Shown: piece after piece, positions 59,937-64,000 of the stretch
Numbering within the stretch: position 1 is the stretch's first letter
How the letters are laid out: every line of letters starts with the position of its first letter
Origin: Acidobacteriota bacterium
GTDB taxonomy: Bacteria > Acidobacteriota > Terriglobia > Terriglobales > Acidobacteriaceae
NCBI GenBank assembly: GCA_021805025.1
Contig: JAJZGF010000001.1
Span: 34,783 to 98,782, forward strand
Direction of reading: 5' to 3'
DNA: 64,000 bases
Position numbers and translations under genes: made by a program
The notes under the pieces: generated by a model
What the model saw: the letters and a program-made list of their open reading frames with translations, nothing else
The model's database searches: none
What the model was told of the DNA's origin: nothing

Positions 59937-60731
59937 CTAGATCTGCGAGGCTTGCAGGGGGCTCAGAATCAGATTGCTGATGTTGTCGACGATTGGTTCA
60001 AATCCGAAACGCGGATCGGCGGAAAGCTTCTTCCACGCGGGATCGTTGCGAAAGACGTCCCACTTTGCTTCCAGCTCGGCCATGTCCGTGAAGCTCAGCA
60101 TGTAAGTCAGGTTGGGCATGCGCGTGCCGATCAGCGTATCGCCGAAGAACACCGGGTGAAATCCCGCCGCCTGGAATATCTCAAACTCGCCGGAGTGGAA
60201 CATCTCCACCTTACGCACATGGTCGCGGTCGCTGGGGCTCTCGTAGGTCCGCAGTTGAAAGATCCGCTTCCCTTTTGTTGGGGCTGCGGCAGGCGGCGTC
60301 AACTTTGGCCAGCCCTTGAACGCCTCCAGCAGCGAAATCTCCACACGCTCGAAAGCAGGCGAGCTCGCCGGAGCGCTCCAAAAGGGCTCAGCCACGCGCA
60401 AAAACTCCGCATCATCCTGAAGCCGCAAATCCAGCTCCGCCAGCGTACCCGCTTGCGTAGCGGGAATCAGCACGTAATAAGCGGGAGTCTGCGGCCCAAT
60501 CTCGAGCCGGAAGGCGCCCACCGCCCCCATGCCCCGCCGAACCAGCGCCGGGATCAGCGCATTGTTCAGATAGTCTTCCGTCAGCTTCAACTGCGGTCCG
60601 GACCGCAATGCATAACGCCGGACCTGGTAGAACTCTCGCGACTGTGCGTCGGGTGTCTGCGCCTCTGCGGAACGCATCGCGGCAACAGCGGTCGAGGCAA
60701 GAGTTGCGGCAAGAAACTGGCGGCGATGCAT
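59937..60731 (-). CDS. NIPSNAP family protein with a twin-arginine signal
   Basis: ATG 60731 gives MHRRQFLAATLASTAVAAMRSAEAQ (RRxFL Tat motif). Two NIPSNAP-like halves are present (FYQVRRY...; IFQLRTYES...). Confidence 0.72.
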   Translation of the reverse strand: MHRRQFLAATLASTAVAAMRSAEAQTPDAQSREFYQVRRYALRSGPQLKLTEDYLNNALIPALVRRGMGAVGAFRLEIGPQTPAYYVLIPATQAGTLAELDLRLQDDAEFLRVAEPFWSAPASSPAFERVEISLLEAFKGWPKLTPPAAAPTKGKRIFQLRTYESPSDRDHVRKVEMFHSGEFEIFQAAGFHPVFFGDTLIGTRMPNLTYMLSFTDMAELEAKWDVFRNDPAWKKLSADPRFGFEPIVDNISNLILSPLQASQI

Positions 60732-60823
60732 CACGACCCCCCGATTGCGTCTCAACGCAACAATCGCATCTTACCGCATGGCGCGGTGCAGGCAGATGGT
60801 CCGACCAGTTGGCGTCGCACCAT

Positions 60824-61279
60824 CTACTCCTCTCCAATGTCCTCGTTCCATATCTCCGGATGCTCGGCGATGAAGCCCTCCAGCAGCTCACGGCAGGCAC
60901 GGCTGTCCAGGTCCACCACCTCCACGCCGTTTTCGCGCAGCCATTCCAGCCCGCCCGCAAAGGTCCGGCTTTCGCCCACCACAACCATCCCGATGCGAAA
61001 CTGCCGCACCAGCCCGCTGCAATACCAGCACGGCGCCAGCGTTGTGACCATTACAAGGTCGCGATAGCTCTTTTGCCGTCCGGCGCGGCGAAAGGCGTCG
61101 GTCTCCCCGTGGATGCTGGGGTCACCCTCCTGCACGCGCCGGTTGCGCCCACGGCTCACCAGCTCGCCCGTGCGCCTGAAAAGCGCCGCGCCGATTGGAA
61201 TTCCACCCTCCGCACGCCCCAGTCGCGCCTCTTCAAGGGCCACCGCCATCATGCGTTTGTAAAGCTCCAGATCTGCCAC
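60824..61279 (-). CDS. Cytosine deaminase, yeast Fcy1 type (CDA fold)
   Basis: A..ALEEARLG..EGGIPIGAAL......L..GRNRRVQ.GD...HGETDA and TLAPCWYCSGL are present. The C-terminus FIAEHPEIWNEDIGEE parallels Fcy1 (...FIDERPQDWFEDIGE) as I recall it. GTG 61279 lies 6 nt after GAGG. Confidence 0.8.
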   Translation of the reverse strand: MADLELYKRMMAVALEEARLGRAEGGIPIGAALFRRTGELVSRGRNRRVQEGDPSIHGETDAFRRAGRQKSYRDLVMVTTLAPCWYCSGLVRQFRIGMVVVGESRTFAGGLEWLRENGVEVVDLDSRACRELLEGFIAEHPEIWNEDIGEE

Positions 61280-61284
61280 AAATT

Positions 61285-61344
61285 GCCTCTATTGCTGAGG
61301 ATAAGGCATGGGCGCAAGAGAAATGCCACCTGGCAATAGAAGGC
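61285..61344 (-). promoter_or_regulatory. Leader hairpin sequestering the Shine-Dalgarno of the cytosine deaminase gene
   Basis: On the minus-strand RNA, GCCUUCUAUUGC pairs with GCAAUAGAGGC (11 bp, one bulged U). Inside are a 3-bp AGG/CCU helix and a 5-bp GGCAU/AUGCC helix. The 3' arm contains the GAGG Shine-Dalgarno. Confidence 0.4.
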
Positions 61345-61382
61345 CGCGCGCCGCGTTAGCAGCCCGCCCCACCTGCGGCGCC

Positions 61383-61413
61383 TTGACTTTGAGTGCGCTC
61401 AAAGATGTACGGT
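61383..61413 (+). promoter_or_regulatory. MerR-type promoter and operator
   Basis: TTGACT (61383-61388), a 19-nt spacer and TACGGT (61408-61413). The dyad CTTTGAG-N4-CTCAAAG (61387-61404) lies inside the over-long spacer. Confidence 0.55.
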
Positions 61414-61419
61414 GATTGT

Positions 61420-61854
61420 ATGCAGGACGCGGGTTACACCATCCAGGACATGGCAGAGCGGTGCGGTATGACCGCGCATACGCTTCGTTATTATGAGCGC
61501 GTGGGGCTGATCCAGCCCGTGGGTCGCGCGCGCAACGGCCATCGCCGCTACTCGGAGGCGGACGAGGCATGGCTCCATTTTCTGCACTGCATGAGGGCGA
61601 CAAACATGCCCATCCGCGAGATGCAGCGCTACGCCGAGCTACGCGAACTGGGCGACGCGACCTCGCTCGAGCGGCGCAAGATTCTTGAGGATCACCGGAC
61701 CGCTATCGCAACACAGATCGTCGAACTACAACAGGCTCATGCCCTGCTTACCCACAAAATTGCAAACTACAAGAAGATCGAACAGCGCATTCGCATTGGC
61801 GGACCAATGATCGCCGAGCCGGAGCCTGATTGCTCTTTAGCGCCCGCCAGTTAG
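61420..61854 (+). CDS. MerR family transcriptional regulator, NmlR/AdhR-like (carbonyl/aldehyde stress type)
   Basis: [30 protein letters not shown]...[20 protein letters not shown] has the HTH and a conserved Cys, arranged as in AdhR/NmlR by my recollection. The start ATG 61420 was chosen over GTG 61393 and ATG 61405. Confidence 0.85.
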   Translation: MQDAGYTIQDMAERCGMTAHTLRYYERVGLIQPVGRARNGHRRYSEADEAWLHFLHCMRATNMPIREMQRYAELRELGDATSLERRKILEDHRTAIATQIVELQQAHALLTHKIANYKKIEQRIRIGGPMIAEPEPDCSLAPAS

Positions 61855-61888
61855 ACTTAGACCTGTTTCTTTCACAAAGGAAGATGCC

Positions 61889-62878
61889 ATGAAGTCACGC
61901 AGTTTGGGAACGAACGGCCCGATTGTCTCCGCGATGGGGCTGGGCTGCATGGGCATGAGCGACTTCTATGGCCACCGCGACGATCAGGAGTCGCTGGCTA
62001 CCATTGATCGCGCTCTGGACCTGGGCATCAAATTTCTCGATACGTCCGACGCTTACGGCCCGCACACTAACGAAGTGCTGGTGGGCAAGGCGATCAAGGG
62101 CAAACGCGACAAGTTCTTTGTAGCCACCAAATTTGGTATCGTGCGCGACCCTGCTAACCCCGAGCGCCGTGGCGTAGACGGCAGTCCGGCCTATGTGCGC
62201 AGTTCCGTCGAGGGCAGCCTCCGGCGTCTCGGAATTGAGACCATCGATCTCTACTACCAGCACCGAGTAGACCCCAGGACACCCATCGAAGAAACTGTTG
62301 GCGCCATGTCCCGCCTGGTGGAAGAAGGCAAGGTGCGCTACCTGGGACTTTCCGAGGCTGCGCCGGCAACCATTGAGCGCGCCCACCGCGTGCATCCCAT
62401 CACCGCCCTGCAAACCGAATACTCGCTGTGGACACGCGACCCGGAGCCCGAGGTTCTGCCTACTTGCCGAAAACTTGGCATCGCTTTTGTCGCCTACAGC
62501 CCTCTGGGCCGCGGCTTCCTCACGGGAGCGTTTGAGAAGCCCGAGGATCTGGAACCGGGCGACACCAGGCGCGTCTCCCCTCGCTTTCAGGGTGAGAACT
62601 TCACCCGCAACCTCGACCTTGTGAAGAAAGTAAAGCGCGCGGCTGCCGCGACTGGCCTGACGCCCGCCCAGTTGGCCCTGGCATGGGTGCTGGCGCAGGG
62701 CGAGGACATCGTGCCCATCCCCGGCACCAAGCGGCGCAAATATCTTGAAGAGAATGCAGCGGCCACTGAAGCTGCACTCACAGCAGAGATGCTCCAGAGT
62801 CTTTCAGAAGAGTTCTTACCGGATGCGGCGGCCGGGGATCGTTATGTCCCGGCAATGAAGGCGTTGATCAACCAGTAG
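61889..62878 (+). CDS. Aldo/keto reductase (Tas/YhdN-like)
   Basis: AAAGGAAG lies upstream. [37 protein letters not shown] and IPGTKR..LEEN are AKR family blocks. Confidence 0.9.
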   Translation: MKSRSLGTNGPIVSAMGLGCMGMSDFYGHRDDQESLATIDRALDLGIKFLDTSDAYGPHTNEVLVGKAIKGKRDKFFVATKFGIVRDPANPERRGVDGSPAYVRSSVEGSLRRLGIETIDLYYQHRVDPRTPIEETVGAMSRLVEEGKVRYLGLSEAAPATIERAHRVHPITALQTEYSLWTRDPEPEVLPTCRKLGIAFVAYSPLGRGFLTGAFEKPEDLEPGDTRRVSPRFQGENFTRNLDLVKKVKRAAAATGLTPAQLALAWVLAQGEDIVPIPGTKRRKYLEENAAATEAALTAEMLQSLSEEFLPDAAAGDRYVPAMKALINQ

Positions 62879-63103
62879 CATTTCCCCGCGGGCCAAGTCG
62901 TTTTCTCCGCGATTCGGCCTGCCATGCAAGCTCCCGGCGCTTGCTCCGGGCCGGCACAACCATCAAACACGATCCGTTTGTACCCCGGATCGTCGTACAG
63001 ACAACCCGGCGTCTTCCCGATTGGTTCAGTCCGCATGGACTCTCCCAACGCGCCATGGAGTCTCAACAATTTTGCAGAAGCACCTGTCCCTAGGAGGTCA
63101 CCT

Positions 63104-63832
63104 GTGGCAGATAAGCCAGATTCGCACCTCAAGCATTCGTTCTCACATGCGCCGCAAATTTTAGCCGGCGAACTCGCGCCCGACCAGCAGACGCTGGACC
63201 TGGAGCCCTTGAGCGAGTCAGAGTCGCAGGCAAACAAGACCCGCTTCAGTCGCAGATCTTTTCTCTCCGGCCTGGGCGCCACCAGCTTGCTGGCCGGCGC
63301 AGCGCCACTGGTTGCGGCCGCTCCGGCAACCGAGGCCATGGCCCAGGAGGCCGACCCATCTGTGGGCAGCGGCACGCTGACTTTGCGGGTTAATGGCGAA
63401 GACCACACGCTGCGCGGCCTGGACCCGCGTGCCACGCTGCTGGACACGCTGCGCGAGCGGCTGTATCTGTCCGGCACGAAGAAGGGATGCGACCACGGCC
63501 AGTGCGGCGCATGCACTGTGCATGTCAACGGCCGCCGGGTGAACAGTTGCCTCTCCTTCGCCATGATGCACGAAGGCGATGAGATCACCACCATCGAAGG
63601 TATAGGCCAGCCCGGCCATCTGCACGCCATGCAGGCCGCATTTGTGCAGCATGACGGCTACCAGTGCGGCTACTGCACCAGCGGCCAGATCATGAGCGCC
63701 GTCGCCCTGCTCAAGGAACCAATCGGCCCCGGCGACGAAGAGATCAAGCAAGCCATGGCGGGGAACATCTGCCGCTGCGGCGCCTACACCAACATTGTTG
63801 CCGCCGTCCGGCAGGTCCGGACGCAAGCCTGA
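63104..63832 (+). CDS. paoA: Periplasmic aldehyde oxidoreductase [2Fe-2S] subunit, PaoA-like, Tat-exported
   Basis: GTG 63104 lies 6 nt after AGGAGG (63092-63097), inside ORF 62924..63832. The Tat motif is SRRSFLSGLGATSLLAGAA. GTKKGCDHGQCGACTVHVNGRRVNSC...TTIEG...H.MQAAF..HDGYQCGYCTSGQI...GNICRCGAY matches E. coli PaoA closely. Confidence 0.88.
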   Translation: MADKPDSHLKHSFSHAPQILAGELAPDQQTLDLEPLSESESQANKTRFSRRSFLSGLGATSLLAGAAPLVAAAPATEAMAQEADPSVGSGTLTLRVNGEDHTLRGLDPRATLLDTLRERLYLSGTKKGCDHGQCGACTVHVNGRRVNSCLSFAMMHEGDEITTIEGIGQPGHLHAMQAAFVQHDGYQCGYCTSGQIMSAVALLKEPIGPGDEEIKQAMAGNICRCGAYTNIVAAVRQVRTQA

Positions 63833-63851
63833 GCCGCAAGGAGAAATCTCT

Positions 63852-64000
63852 ATGCAGACCTTCAATTACGTTAAAGCGCCGAACATTGACAAGGCGCTGA
63901 CCGGCTTGGGATCGGGCAAGTTCATCGCAGGCGGCACAACGCTCGTCGACCTGATGAAGCTCGATGTCGAGCGGCCCTCCACCCTGGTCGACATCAACGT
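63852..64000 (+). CDS. paoB: Aldehyde oxidoreductase FAD-binding subunit, PaoB-like (5' part; runs off the window)
   Basis: AAGGAGAA lies upstream of ATG 63852. MQTFNYVKAPNIDKAL....GKFIAGGTTLVDLMKLDVERPSTLVDIN parallels the PaoB N-terminus. Confidence 0.85.
   Translation, partial: MQTFNYVKAPNIDKALTGLGSGKFIAGGTTLVDLMKLDVERPSTLVDIN

Overview
This 64-kb, GC-rich (~60%) chromosomal window has a gene content typical of Acidobacteriota (Terriglobia-like). That includes two giant Oar-type TonB-dependent receptors with CarboxypepD_reg N-termini, many secreted glycosidases and Tat/NIPSNAP proteins; the taxon call is an inference. I found no rRNA, tRNA, CRISPR array, transposase, integrase or prophage gene, and nothing resembling a known defence system. 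Coding density is high, and most of the other long ORFs in the six-frame track are antisense shadow frames caused by the GC content.

Contents in order:
1. A rhamnoside utilisation block (about 1-12.7 kb): TonB-dependent receptor, TPR protein, AraA-family isomerase, RhaM, a clan GH-A hydrolase, a GH78 rhamnosidase and an SDR.
2. Housekeeping genes: uspA-like, fba, a GntP permease, an S15 peptidase, rph, purU, a class III aminotransferase, clpC and a lolD-like ATPase.
3. A three-gene signalling module: a sensorless histidine kinase, a sigma54 enhancer-binding protein and a degenerate receiver. The phospho-acceptor chemistry of both receivers looks broken.
4. A compact 12.6-kb purine-to-ammonia supercluster (31.3-43.9 kb). 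It encodes GuaD, allantoinase, two M20 amidohydrolases flanking ureidoglycine aminohydrolase, three-subunit xanthine dehydrogenase, OHCU decarboxylase, HIU hydrolase, uricase, MocA and a permease.
5. A translationally coupled RidA-formamidase-AtzH-like trio.
6. A second giant TonB-dependent receptor.
7. An uncharacterised, very tightly packed amide/N-heterocycle catabolic island (50.6-59.9 kb). It encodes a CDA-fold deaminase, an FAD oxidase, a creatininase-family enzyme, a CocE/NonD hydrolase, a NitT/TauT ABC transporter, DUF3891, an amidase and an NMT1-like binding protein.
8. A Tat-NIPSNAP protein and a yeast-type cytosine deaminase whose Shine-Dalgarno sequence lies inside a hairpin.
9. 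An AdhR/NmlR-like MerR regulator with a textbook operator, followed by an aldo/keto reductase and a Tat-exported PaoAB-like aldehyde oxidoreductase that runs off the window.

The best candidate for undescribed biology is the 50.6-59.9 kb island. All functional calls rest on my reading of motifs in the translations; no searches were run.
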